The notes: generated by a model not told the origin, from the sequence alone. A stretch of 64,000 nt of DNA from Anaerolineae bacterium (GCA_020848035.1 JADLAX010000026.1:256180-320179), one strand, 5' to 3'. Counted from the first letter of the stretch, positions 9,786 to 19,000 are shown. A program made the numbers and translations.

Positions 9786-9823
9786 AGGTGACAGTCACTT
9801 TTGCAAGTGGCTGTCACCTTTTC
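9786..9823. terminator. Hairpin terminator between convergent amylase and hydrolase genes
   Basis: 15-bp stem AGGTGACAGTCACTT / AAGTGGCTGTCACCT (one G-T pair), loop TTGC, then TTTT on the plus strand. Confidence 0.7.
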
Positions 9824-9828
9824 CCATC

Positions 9829-10632
9829 TCAAGCAAGAACGGGGGGAGCCGTTTTTGCTGTGGTTTGTTGCAGGGCGGAAGGCAACGGCCGTTCCCCCAC
9901 CCAGCGCTCTACCATTTCTGTAAACAGCTCAGGAAATTCCCCGTTCCAGCCGTGATGGGCATTGGGGACGACGGCCGTTACGGCCGTCTCCACCACATGA
10001 AAGTCCGGCAAACTGTCCAAAACCAGCTTCGCTTCTTTTTCACCGGCCACCGCCAACAAGCGGGGCCGATGCCCTAACAGCGCCGCAGGCAGGCTGAAGG
10101 TCAGCACCTCGTCATAGGTGCGCAAAATCGTTGCCCGGCGCAGATTTTTGCTGTCGCGCCGGTAGAGCGGTTGGGCTTCGGGCGGCAGCTGCATCACCCG
10201 GCTCATCAGGGCAATGGTGAGGTTCCAGCCCATGGCCCGGCTCATCAGTTTGGGCATCAGTTTGTAGGCAAAGTTGTCGGGAAACGGCCGTATCGTCACC
10301 CCACTCACCAGGGTCGAGAGCACCCGCTCGGGATGGTTGGCCAGCAGCGTCAGCGCCGTGTAGCCGCCCAGCGACAGCCCCACCACGTGCGCCTGCCCAT
10401 TGGTGGCCCGGTCGCGAATGATGTGGGCGAGGGTAACGGCCGTTGCCGCAAACGACAGCCACTCCGCCCGGTAACTTTCCCCATTGCCCGGCAAATCCAC
10501 CGCCAGCACATGATACCGATCGTGCAGCGCTTCAACCTGCTCCTGCCACATCCAGCTGCTGACACCCAAACCGTGCAAAAACAAAATGGTGGGCTGACCT
10601 ACCTTACCGTATTCAAAAATTTTCAGATTCAT
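9829..10632 (-). CDS. Alpha/beta hydrolase
   Basis: ILFLHGLGVSS oxyanion region and nucleophile elbow HVVGLSLGG. The stop of the upstream regulator is 1 nt from its start. Confidence 0.85.
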   Translation of the reverse strand: MNLKIFEYGKVGQPTILFLHGLGVSSWMWQEQVEALHDRYHVLAVDLPGNGESYRAEWLSFAATAVTLAHIIRDRATNGQAHVVGLSLGGYTALTLLANHPERVLSTLVSGVTIRPFPDNFAYKLMPKLMSRAMGWNLTIALMSRVMQLPPEAQPLYRRDSKNLRRATILRTYDEVLTFSLPAALLGHRPRLLAVAGEKEAKLVLDSLPDFHVVETAVTAVVPNAHHGWNGEFPELFTEMVERWVGERPLPSALQQTTAKTAPPVLA

Positions 10633-10633
10633 G

Positions 10634-11173
10634 TCAATGGCTCCTTTCTTCAGGGATGGTGACGGAGGCCAGCGTGTACCGCTTGCGCTCCGTCGTAGGC
10701 TGGTTGGTCATCACCTGGCCCACCAGCTGGATAATTTGCGCCTGGAACGCCTCCCGCTCGGCGTCGCTCAGGTAAATGACGGCACGGTTGTAGCTCAGCC
10801 CATCATCAACCAATCTGGCGGGGTCTGCCTGCTGCACGTAACGGGTAAACGTGTCAATCAGCACGGCGGCAAAGGTGGAAAAGTAGCGCACATGCTGATC
10901 CGGGGTGATCGCCTGCCGCTCGTCCAGCGACAGCCGGTCGCCACCGCCCACCACGGCAACCGTTCGCTCCGTTGCCCCATTCACCACCTGCTCGGCCACC
11001 ACCTCAAACACGCCGCCTTCCAGCAGCCGGTTGATTTGCCGGTACAGCGTGGCCTGGGGCACGTCGGGCAGCGCCGCCGCCAGTTGGCCGGGGGTCATCT
11101 GCCGCCCCGCCAGCTCGGTGACCAGCCGCATCCGCACCGGATGCAGCAGTAAATCGCTTTTTGTTTGTGCCAT
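10634..11173 (-). CDS. ArsR-like winged-helix transcriptional regulator with C-terminal extension
   Basis: LLLHPVRMRLVTELAGRQMTPGQLAAALPDVPQATLYRQINRLLEGG. The ORF track starts at TTG 11260. I prefer ATG 11173 (MAQTKSDLL). The start is uncertain. Confidence 0.75.
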   Translation of the reverse strand: MAQTKSDLLLHPVRMRLVTELAGRQMTPGQLAAALPDVPQATLYRQINRLLEGGVFEVVAEQVVNGATERTVAVVGGGDRLSLDERQAITPDQHVRYFSTFAAVLIDTFTRYVQQADPARLVDDGLSYNRAVIYLSDAEREAFQAQIIQLVGQVMTNQPTTERKRYTLASVTIPEERSH

Positions 11174-11283
11174 AAGCCCTTTTGCTTTAGGTGCGTCGCA
11201 CCTTACATCCATTATCGCTATTGATAATAGTATTGTATTCTCAAAAGTGATAATAGTCAAGCCCTGTTCCTTAAACGGTGCAC

Positions 11284-11352
11284 GGTGAACGGTAATCGGT
11301 AAACGCCACCAATTACCAATTACCGATTACGGATAACGGATTACCGTTTACC
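11284..11352. repeat. GGTAATC/GATTACC heptamer repeat block in both orientations
   Basis: GGTGAACGGTAATCGGTAAACG ... AATTACCAATTACCGATTACGGATAACGGATTACCGTTTACC. The outer arms pair at 13 of 14 positions. Lies between the divergent regulator genes. Confidence 0.8.
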
Positions 11353-11388
11353 AACAATGGTTTGCCCACTGGGTACCTGCTGGCTACA

Positions 11389-14300
11389 ATGCACCACATG
11401 TACCAGCAAAACATCATTGTGCGTACCAAGCTTGTCGCGCCCCGCCCGCCCCGGCAGACCCTGCCGCGGCCGCGCATTACGCAGCGCCTGCTCGATGCAC
11501 AAAACCACCGTCTGACCATCCTGCAGGCGGGCACGGGCTACGGTAAAAGCACCGCTTTGGCCAGCCTGGCCTCGCAGCCAGGGGAACCGCCGCTCCGTTT
11601 TGTCTGGTACCGGCTGGAGGCAGAAGATGGCGATGCCCAGCCGTTTTTGCTGCACCTGCTGCACGGCTTTGGCATTGCTCTGCCCAATTTATCGCATGCG
11701 CCGCTGGCGGCGCTGGAGGCGTGGGGCCAGCAGCGCCAGCCGCAAGAGCTGCCGGTGTGGACGGCCGTTACCGACAGCCTCATCAACGAGCTGGCCAATG
11801 AACTGGACCAGCCCACCTTTTTGGTGCTGGACGACGTGCACCTGATCAGCGACAGCAGCGAACCAATCCGCATTCTCGACCGCCTCATCGGCCTGGCCCC
11901 CCATAATTTGCACATCATTTTGTCCAGCCGCTACCCACTCACCCTGCCGTCCCTGGTGACCTGGCGCGTCAAGGGGCAGGTGCTGGAAATTGGTCAGGAG
12001 GAACTGGCCTTCACCCCTGCCGAAATTGACGCCCTCTTCCGCAATTATTACGGCCACGCCCTGTCGCTGGAGCAGGCCACGATGGTGATCAATCGCATCG
12101 AGGGCTGGCCGATTGCCCTGCACCTCATCTGGCAGCGCTTGCAGCGGGACGGCGGTGCGTCGCTGGCCCAGGCGCTGACGCAGCTGTCGGGCACGGCCAG
12201 CGATCTGTTCCAATTCCTGGCGCAGGAGGTGCTGAACCAGCAGCCAGAGGACATCCAGGCATTTTTGCGGGAAACGGCCGTTCTTCGTGAAATGACCACC
12301 CCGCTCTGCAACCAGCTGCGCCGCCGCCAGGACAGCCAGCAGCTGCTGCGCTATCTGCTGGAAAAAGGGCTGTTTGTGGTCAACCTGGGCAACGGCTACG
12401 TGCGCTATCATCACCTCTTTCGCGACCTGCTGCTGAGCCAGCTCGCGCCCGACGAGGCGCAAAATTTGCACGAGCAGGCCGCCACCATCTACCAGCAGCA
12501 GGGGGAAGACGAGGAAGCGATTTTTCATTTGCTGGCGGCGGAGGCGTTTGAGCGAACGGCCGTCCTGCTCACCACCCTCGGCCGTCGGCTGGTGCGCGTG
12601 GGTCGGTTGGACACGCTGGCAGGCTGGATCGGCCGACTGCCGCCCGACATTTTGGCCCACTACCCCGCCCTGCTCGGCTACCTGGGCGACATCGCCCGAC
12701 TGCACTCCCGCTTCGACGAGGCGCTGGGCTGGTACCAGCAGGCCGAACAGCGCAGCCGCACCAAAGGCGACCGCCGCGGCATCGGCCAGGCGCTGCGCGG
12801 CCAGGCGCGGGTTTACCTGGACACGGTGAACCCGACCAAAGGCGAGGAGCTGCTGCAAGAAGCGCTGCGCCTCTCCGACGGGCAGGAAGATCGCGAAAGC
12901 CAGGCGCGGCTGCTGGAGCTGTTGGCCGAAAATCTGCTGAACCAGGGACGGCTGGGTGAGGCAGAAAATTACCAGGCTAAAGCCCGCGCCCTGCGCGAAC
13001 AGGGGCATGGCCCGGCCGAACTGCCGGTGCGGATGCTGCTGCGCACGGGACGGCTGGCCGAAGCGCGAGAAATCTTGGAAGCCCAGGCGCAGCAGGAAGA
13101 GCAGGCCCCCGTCTTGCGCCCCCGGGCCCACCGCGAAACGCTGCTGCTGCTGTCGCTCATTTTGGCCTACCAGGGGGAAGCGGATATGGCCCTGGCCACG
13201 GCCGTTTCCGGTACGCAGCGCGGTCGGGCCTTAAACTCGGAATTTATTACGGCCGTTGGCTACTGCCGCCAGGGGCACGCCTGGATGCTGCACAAAAACG
13301 AACCTGGCTACGAGCAAGCCCGCCAATCGTTCCAGCAAGGCATCGCCATGAGCGACCAGATGGAGGTGCCGCGCCTCAAGATCGAGGCATTTTGGGGGCT
13401 GTGCCAGGCATACGGCTTCCCCGGCGACCACGAGACGGCGCTAACCTACGCGCGCGAGGGCATCACCCTGGCCCGGCTGCACGGCGATGAGTGGGTAGAG
13501 ATGAGCATTCGCCTGACGATGGGTGCCACCTACACGCTGCTGGGCATGGTGCAGGAGGCCAACGAATGGCTGGCCCAGGCGGTTACCGGCTTCCGCGATT
13601 GCAGCGATATTTTTGGCGAAACGGCCGCACGCCTCTGGCGCTGCCTGCTGTGGCACAAAACCGATGACAACACCCGCCTCAAGCGCGATCTGGACGATCT
13701 GCTGCCGCTGATCAGCCGCCATCAGTACGAATTTTTGTTCCAGCGGCGCACCCTGCTGGGGCCGCCTGATCCACGCGCCCTGGTGCCCCTGCTGCTTTTT
13801 GCCCGCGAGCAAAACATTCATGCCGCCACCGCCGAGGCGATCCTGGCCCAGCTGGGCTTGGCCCAGGTGGAGCTGCATCCTGGCTTCCAGCTGCGCATCC
13901 AGACGCTGGGGCCGTTTCGCATCTGGCAGGGCAGCGAGGAGCTGCCCAGCCGGGCGTGGCGGCGCAAGAAGGCGCGCCAGCTGCTCCAGCTGCTGGTCAC
14001 CTATCGCGGCACGCTGCTGCACCGCGACCAGATTGCCGAGATGCTCTGGCCGGAGCTGGACCCAGACGGCGCGGTGCGCGACTTTAAGATAGCGTTCAGC
14101 GCCATGTGTTCGGTGCTGGAGCCGGACCGCAAGCGCAATGCGCCGTCGGCGTTTGTGGTGCGCGACGGCAGCCGCTACGGCCTGCGCGACGAGGCGGACA
14201 TCTGGCTGGACGCGGCCGAATTTGAGAAGCTGCTTGACCAGGGGGATCATCTTTACCAGAAGGATGTGGTGCGGGCGGTAGGGGGGTATGAAACGGCCGT

Positions 14301-14643
14301 TACCCTCTACGAAGGCGACTACCTGCAAGCCTACCCCTACGAAACCTGGTCTCACGAGGAGCGTGAACGGCTGCGCGCCCGCTTTTTGCACGCCGCCGAT
14401 CGGCTGGCCCAATGGCTGGCGGACCAGGCCGCCTGGGAGCGGGTTGTCACGCTCAGCCAGACCATTTTGCAGCAGGACGACTGCTGGGAAAACGCCTACC
14501 GCCTGCTGATGCTGGCCCACATCCAGCTGGGCAACCGGGTCCAGGCGCTGCGCACCTACCAGCGGTGCGAAACCATCCTGCAAGCCGGTCTGGGCGTAAC
14601 GCCCGCGCCCGCCACCGTCCAGCTCTACGAAACCATCCGCTAA
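11389..14643 (+). CDS. MalT-like STAND ATPase fused to a SARP-type winged-helix + BTAD transcriptional activator domain
   Basis: Walker A LQAGTGYGKSTAL. Walker B FLVLDDVHLI. TPR-like middle region. C-terminus LGPFRIWQGSEELP..RRKKARQLLQLL (OmpR/SARP wHTH), then BTAD (YEGDYLQAYPYETWSHEERERLRARF..ALRTYQRCETIL). Start ambiguous: TTG 11362, ATG 11389 or ATG 11398. Confidence 0.85.
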   Translation: MHHMYQQNIIVRTKLVAPRPPRQTLPRPRITQRLLDAQNHRLTILQAGTGYGKSTALASLASQPGEPPLRFVWYRLEAEDGDAQPFLLHLLHGFGIALPNLSHAPLAALEAWGQQRQPQELPVWTAVTDSLINELANELDQPTFLVLDDVHLISDSSEPIRILDRLIGLAPHNLHIILSSRYPLTLPSLVTWRVKGQVLEIGQEELAFTPAEIDALFRNYYGHALSLEQATMVINRIEGWPIALHLIWQRLQRDGGASLAQALTQLSGTASDLFQFLAQEVLNQQPEDIQAFLRETAVLREMTTPLCNQLRRRQDSQQLLRYLLEKGLFVVNLGNGYVRYHHLFRDLLLSQLAPDEAQNLHEQAATIYQQQGEDEEAIFHLLAAEAFERTAVLLTTLGRRLVRVGRLDTLAGWIGRLPPDILAHYPALLGYLGDIARLHSRFDEALGWYQQAEQRSRTKGDRRGIGQALRGQARVYLDTVNPTKGEELLQEALRLSDGQEDRESQARLLELLAENLLNQGRLGEAENYQAKARALREQGHGPAELPVRMLLRTGRLAEAREILEAQAQQEEQAPVLRPRAHRETLLLLSLILAYQGEADMALATAVSGTQRGRALNSEFITAVGYCRQGHAWMLHKNEPGYEQARQSFQQGIAMSDQMEVPRLKIEAFWGLCQAYGFPGDHETALTYAREGITLARLHGDEWVEMSIRLTMGATYTLLGMVQEANEWLAQAVTGFRDCSDIFGETAARLWRCLLWHKTDDNTRLKRDLDDLLPLISRHQYEFLFQRRTLLGPPDPRALVPLLLFAREQNIHAATAEAILAQLGLAQVELHPGFQLRIQTLGPFRIWQGSEELPSRAWRRKKARQLLQLLVTYRGTLLHRDQIAEMLWPELDPDGAVRDFKIAFSAMCSVLEPDRKRNAPSAFVVRDGSRYGLRDEADIWLDAAEFEKLLDQGDHLYQKDVVRAVGGYETAVTLYEGDYLQAYPYETWSHEERERLRARFLHAADRLAQWLADQAAWERVVTLSQTILQQDDCWENAYRLLMLAHIQLGNRVQALRTYQRCETILQAGLGVTPAPATVQLYETIR

Positions 14644-14646
14644 ACC

Positions 14647-14746
14647 CTCGTTCCACGCTCTGCGTGGAATGCCGTTGGCGACGCTCCGCGTCGCAAGGGA
14701 CGCAGAGCGTCCTGCCTTCATTCCCACGCGGAGCGTAGGAACGAGC
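14647..14746. repeat. MITE-like element made of four consecutive mini-hairpins closed by an outer stem
   Basis: TTCCACGC-TCT-GCGTGGAA, GCGACGC-TCC-GCGTCGC, GGACGC-AGA-GCGTCC, TTCCCACGC-GGA-GCGTAGGAA. Outer arms CTCGTTCC (14648..) / GGAACGAG (..14745). Confidence 0.8.
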
Positions 14747-14771
14747 AGAATGGGATGCCCAGCAGATAGGT

Positions 14772-14838
14772 GTCATACCCGCGCAGGCGGGTATCCATCT
14801 TCTTAACCCGGATGGATTCCCGCTTTCGCGGGAATGAC
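14772..14838. repeat. Second structured palindromic element (GTCAT..ATGAC type)
   Basis: GTCAT-ACCCGC-GCAG-GCGGGT-ATCCAT..ATGGAT-TCCCGC-TTTC-GCGGGA-ATGAC. Confidence 0.75.
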
Positions 14839-14882
14839 AATGAAAATTGTGGTCTTGCCCCTCTAAAGTTATAATCACCGCC

Positions 14883-15860
14883 ATGAATGTGAAATATCCC
14901 GAAAGAAAGCTCCTGGCCCACCTGCCCACACCTCTGGAAAAACTGGAACGCCTCAGTCGTCACCTGGGCGGACCGGATATTTACATGAAACGCGACGACC
15001 AGACCGGACTGGCGACCGGCGGCAACAAAACCCGCAAGCTGGAGTTCCTGGTGGCCGATGCGCTGGCCCAGGGCTGCGACCATCTGGTTACCACCGGTGC
15101 CCCCCAAAGCAACCACTGCCGACAAACGGCCGCTGCCGCCGCCCATTTTGGTCTGGGCTGCAGCCTGGTGTTACGCGGCAAGGCACCCTCTCAGCTGCAA
15201 GGCAATCTCCTGCTAGACAAACTGCTAGGAGCACACCTCTACTGGACCGGCGACAATCCTCGTCATGAAGTCATGGCCGAAGTGGCCAATGAGCAGCGGG
15301 TGATGGGGCACAGGCCCTACATCATCCCGTTGGGCGGCTCTAACGTCATGGGGGCCACCAGCTATGTCATGGCCATGCAAGAACTGATGGCCCAACTGGC
15401 CGCCACCAGTGTCAACATTGACTTTATCGTCTTTGCCAGCAGCAGCGGCGGCACCCAGGCGGGCATCGTGCTGGGGGCCGAGGTGTACGGCTTTCGTGGG
15501 CACGTGCTGGGCATCAGCGTGGACCATCCCGCCGAGGATTTGCAGATGCAGGTGTCGGCGCTGGCCACGGCCACGGCGACGCACCTGGGCATCAGCAACG
15601 TTTCCATTGCCAACCGGGTGGAGGTGAACGACGACTACCTGGGCGATGGCTACGCGATGGTGGGCGAGACGGAGCGGGAAGCGATTCAGATGGTAGCCCA
15701 GCTGGAGGGCATTTTGCTCGATCCCGTGTACACCGGGCGGGCCATGGGCGGCCTGATTGATTTGATTCGCTGGGGGGCGTTTACCCGGGGGCAAAGCGTG
15801 CTGTTCTGGCACACTGGCGGGGCAGCGGCGCTGCCTGCGTTTGTAGATAAGCTTCTCTAA
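14883..15860 (+). CDS. PLP-dependent D-cysteine desulfhydrase / ACC deaminase family protein
   Basis: Family hallmark TGGNKTRKLEFLVADA. The ORF track start 14847 lies inside a repeat element, so I prefer ATG 14883 (MNVKYPER). Confidence 0.85.
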   Translation: MNVKYPERKLLAHLPTPLEKLERLSRHLGGPDIYMKRDDQTGLATGGNKTRKLEFLVADALAQGCDHLVTTGAPQSNHCRQTAAAAAHFGLGCSLVLRGKAPSQLQGNLLLDKLLGAHLYWTGDNPRHEVMAEVANEQRVMGHRPYIIPLGGSNVMGATSYVMAMQELMAQLAATSVNIDFIVFASSSGGTQAGIVLGAEVYGFRGHVLGISVDHPAEDLQMQVSALATATATHLGISNVSIANRVEVNDDYLGDGYAMVGETEREAIQMVAQLEGILLDPVYTGRAMGGLIDLIRWGAFTRGQSVLFWHTGGAAALPAFVDKLL

Positions 15861-15907
15861 TCTTTCAACGCAGACGAGATGAAAAATTTCATCTCCCGAG
15901 GTTAAAA

Positions 15908-17272
15908 TTGAAATCTAGCACCGTGGGCAGCCAAGAAATTTCGGAGCTTGAAGCTCAACTAGAAGAGGCCACTGATCCGCAAACCAAAATTGATCTTCTC
16001 CACGAACTCGCCTGGCATTTAACGCTGCGAGATGCCCCAAAAGCTTACCGGTTGGCGAGGCAAGCGTATGAATTATCTTCGAGTGGTGAATTTGAAAAAA
16101 CGCATTATTTACCAGGCATGGCTGGCAGTTTGCGCAGCTTCATAGCGATCAACACCGATGCGGGCAACTACGATCAGGCCCTCACTTACTCCTTACAAGC
16201 TGTTGACATCCTAGATAAAATCCCAGACGAACAAACAGAAATCAACCTGATTAAAGTAGCCGTACTGGGCACCGTCAGCTGGACTTACCGTTGTCTTGGC
16301 GAGTATGCCATCTCGGCGGAATATGCTCTGCGAGGGTTAAAACTTGCGCAAGCAACGGGGGTGCGGCAGTATGAGGGTGGTGTCCTCAACATTCTTAGCG
16401 TGATTTATGCTGAATCCAACGACCTGCCAGCCGCTCGCCAGATGGGCCAAAAGGTTGTGGAATATTGTCGTGAAGCGGGTAATTTTCGGGGGGAAAGCAT
16501 CGCTCTAAATAATCTGGCAATGACCTACCTGGAGATGGGGGATGGCCAACAAGCCTTGGCCACTTGTAAAGAAAGCTTACGGCTGGCTCAAGATCATGGC
16601 ATTGAGAAGGTGGTCATTACTGCCTTAAGTACCCTGGGGGAAATTTATCTGGGGCTGAAAGATCTGGTTAACGCAGAACAGTACCTGTTGCAAACTTTGC
16701 AGCTAGCTCGCGATAAAAAAGCGGGATCAGATGAACTGCAATGCCTGCTCCATCTGGGTAAAGTTTACCAGCTGGAGCAAAAGGAGCAGGCAGCACTGGC
16801 TGCTTTTCAGGAAGCGCTTTTGCTCAGCCAGGCAGCTAACGATCGCCGCAGCCAGTTTCAATGCCACGAATTGCTAGCGGCGCTTTTTGAGCAACAAGGG
16901 GATTTGGGCAGTGCGCTGCACCATTTTAAGCAGTACCATCTCCTCAAAGAACAGGTGTTTAACGAAACGGCCGATCACAAACTCCGCAATTTGCGCATCA
17001 GCCACGAGGTAGAAACGCTGAAGCATGAAAGTGAAATTCACCGGCTTAAAAATATCGATTTGGAGGTGGCCCTGGCGCAGGTAAAGCAACTGTCCGGGCT
17101 GCTGCCCATCTGTGCCAGCTGCAAAAAGATTCGGGATGATGCCGGGTACTGGCATGATGTCGCGGTGTACATCCGCGATCATTCCGAAGCCGAGTTCAGC
17201 CACGGCATGTGCCCAGACTGTGTGAGGGATCTGTATTCAGAGCTAGAAGAAAAACGCAAAAGTAAGAATTGA
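15908..17272 (+). CDS. TPR-repeat protein with a coiled coil and a C-terminal four-cysteine (CxxC..CxxC) domain
   Basis: TTG start. Multiple TPR-like repeats. C-terminus LSGLLPICASCKKIRDDAGYWHDVAVYIRDHSEAEFSHGMCPDCVRDLY. Confidence 0.8.
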   Translation: MKSSTVGSQEISELEAQLEEATDPQTKIDLLHELAWHLTLRDAPKAYRLARQAYELSSSGEFEKTHYLPGMAGSLRSFIAINTDAGNYDQALTYSLQAVDILDKIPDEQTEINLIKVAVLGTVSWTYRCLGEYAISAEYALRGLKLAQATGVRQYEGGVLNILSVIYAESNDLPAARQMGQKVVEYCREAGNFRGESIALNNLAMTYLEMGDGQQALATCKESLRLAQDHGIEKVVITALSTLGEIYLGLKDLVNAEQYLLQTLQLARDKKAGSDELQCLLHLGKVYQLEQKEQAALAAFQEALLLSQAANDRRSQFQCHELLAALFEQQGDLGSALHHFKQYHLLKEQVFNETADHKLRNLRISHEVETLKHESEIHRLKNIDLEVALAQVKQLSGLLPICASCKKIRDDAGYWHDVAVYIRDHSEAEFSHGMCPDCVRDLYSELEEKRKSKN

Positions 17273-17405
17273 GCAACGATACGGAAGATGGGCGTTGAGG
17301 AGATATTTCCCCCAGGGTAAAGTACTCCCTTCTGGCTTACCTGTGGTGCTGCCTGCGTTTGTTGATGAGCTGCCGCCTGCAGGCCGTGTCCATAAATCAA
17401 ACCTT

Positions 17406-17888
17406 ATGGGATGGGAATTATTTGTAAGCGAATATTCAGTAGTGATTCTGGCTGCCGTAGTAGTGAGCTGGGCAATTTGGGTTTCATCCAAAATTTACAG
17501 CTTCAAACGTCAGACAACGCTTCAAAAAGCCATTAGCAAGCCGCAACTGCGCCAATTGCGTATTCGGCTATTTAAAGGGACGTTAGTCGCTTTTACAGGA
17601 ACCATCTTGGTTTTTTGGCTCCCCACCTTGCTCCTTACTGAGCAAGATTTCCAGGTTGTGCTCTATTCTCCTCTCGTTTGCCTCCTTCCAATGATTCTCT
17701 ATACATTTGGTTATCTGCAAAGTGAAATCCAGTTTCTCCGTTTCTACAGCTACCCTTTCACCGACCAGATGGATGTTCCGATACCAGGAACACCAAATCC
17801 ACCACCCCACGCAGAAAAAAGTTTTGAAGATTTGTTGGTAGAGCTAGAAAAAGCTTTGGAAAAGTTAGAGGAAAAAGAGAGAGATTAA
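17406..17888 (+). CDS. Small membrane protein (3-4 predicted TM segments), unknown function
   Basis: MGWELFVSEYSVVILAAVVVSWAIWV.. hydrophobic segments with an acidic coiled tail. The ORF track start 17295 has an implausible N-extension. Confidence 0.5.
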   Translation: MGWELFVSEYSVVILAAVVVSWAIWVSSKIYSFKRQTTLQKAISKPQLRQLRIRLFKGTLVAFTGTILVFWLPTLLLTEQDFQVVLYSPLVCLLPMILYTFGYLQSEIQFLRFYSYPFTDQMDVPIPGTPNPPPHAEKSFEDLLVELEKALEKLEEKERD

Positions 17889-18007
17889 TCTTTGTGGTAT
17901 CAGGTTTTGAATTCGGCTTTGACAGCGCCCCAATTTCTGCGTTTTTCTTGTCTAAACCTGCACCTCGCTTGGTACGTCTATGCTTGAGCAAGAGGAGAAA
18001 TCAACAG

Positions 18008-19000
18008 ATGACTTCCAATCACCCCAAACGGCAAGCTTTCGAACCAAATCAGTCGGTCATCGACTGGCTGCTCGACGCAGACCCGGCCATGCGCTGGCAG
18101 GTGATGGCTGAACTGACCGACACACCGGCTGAGGCAGTGGCCGCGGAGCGGGCGCGGGTGGCCACCGAGGGCTGGGGAGCGGCACTGCTGGCGCTTCAGG
18201 GAGGAGACGGCCGTTGGGCCAACACCGCCTGGAATCGAGGCTGGGACTCCACGATGCATGTCCTGATGCTGCTGCACTACTTTGGCCTTGATCCGGCCAG
18301 CGAGCCAGCGCAGCGGGCGCTGCGGCTGGTGCGCGAGAAAGTCACCTGGCGCGGTAGCGGACCACCCGAGTGTGACGACAATCCCTTCTTCGCCGGTGAG
18401 CTTGAGCCGTGCATCAATGGCCAGGTGGGTGCAGCAGGCGCGTATTTCGGCCAGGACGTGCGCGGCATCGTGGCTCGGCTGCTGGGCGAGCAGCTGGCCG
18501 ACGGCGGCTGGAACTGCGAGGCCGAAAACGGCGCAACGCGCGCGTCGTTTAACACGACGATTTGCGTGCTGGAAGCGCTGCTGGAACATGAGCTCAGTGC
18601 GGGCAGCCGCCCCGAAGTGACCACGGCGCGCCAGCGTGGGGAGGCGTACCTGTTAGAGCGCCACCTCTTCTTCCGCAAATCCACCGGCGAGCCGATCTTG
18701 CGCGACCGCAAGGGCAGTGCCGCGTGGACCGAGTTTGCCTTCCCCACCTGGTGGCACTACGACGTGCTGCGCGGGCTGGAATACCTGCGCCGCGCCGGGG
18801 TGGTCCCCGACGCGCGGCTGACGGAGGCCATCGACCTGGTGTTGTCTAAGCGGGATAGTAACGGCCGTTGGCCCCTTGAAGCTCACTACCCTGGCACCAT
18901 GCCCATCGAGCTGGGTGAGACTGTGGGACAGCCCAGCCGCTGGATCACCCTACGCGCCCTGCGGGTGTTGGCCTGGTATGCCAATCGATTTGCGGAATAG
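18008..19000 (+). CDS. Prenyltransferase / terpene-cyclase-like alpha-alpha toroid repeat protein
   Basis: AGGAG RBS before ATG 18008. Repeated QGGDGRWAN, LADGGWNCE and RDSNGRWPLE motifs typical of squalene-cyclase/prenyltransferase beta-type repeats. Confidence 0.6.
   Translation: MTSNHPKRQAFEPNQSVIDWLLDADPAMRWQVMAELTDTPAEAVAAERARVATEGWGAALLALQGGDGRWANTAWNRGWDSTMHVLMLLHYFGLDPASEPAQRALRLVREKVTWRGSGPPECDDNPFFAGELEPCINGQVGAAGAYFGQDVRGIVARLLGEQLADGGWNCEAENGATRASFNTTICVLEALLEHELSAGSRPEVTTARQRGEAYLLERHLFFRKSTGEPILRDRKGSAAWTEFAFPTWWHYDVLRGLEYLRRAGVVPDARLTEAIDLVLSKRDSNGRWPLEAHYPGTMPIELGETVGQPSRWITLRALRVLAWYANRFAE

Noticed and set aside
14453-15146. Track ORFs 14453..14929 and 14718..15146 (minus strand) and the 14847 start of the desulfhydrase ORF
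   Set aside because: They are encoded by the two MITE-like palindromic elements, giving peptides such as ..CDAERRQRHSTQSV.. and ..SFPRKRESIRVKKMDTRLRGYDT.. These are translation artefacts of the repeats.
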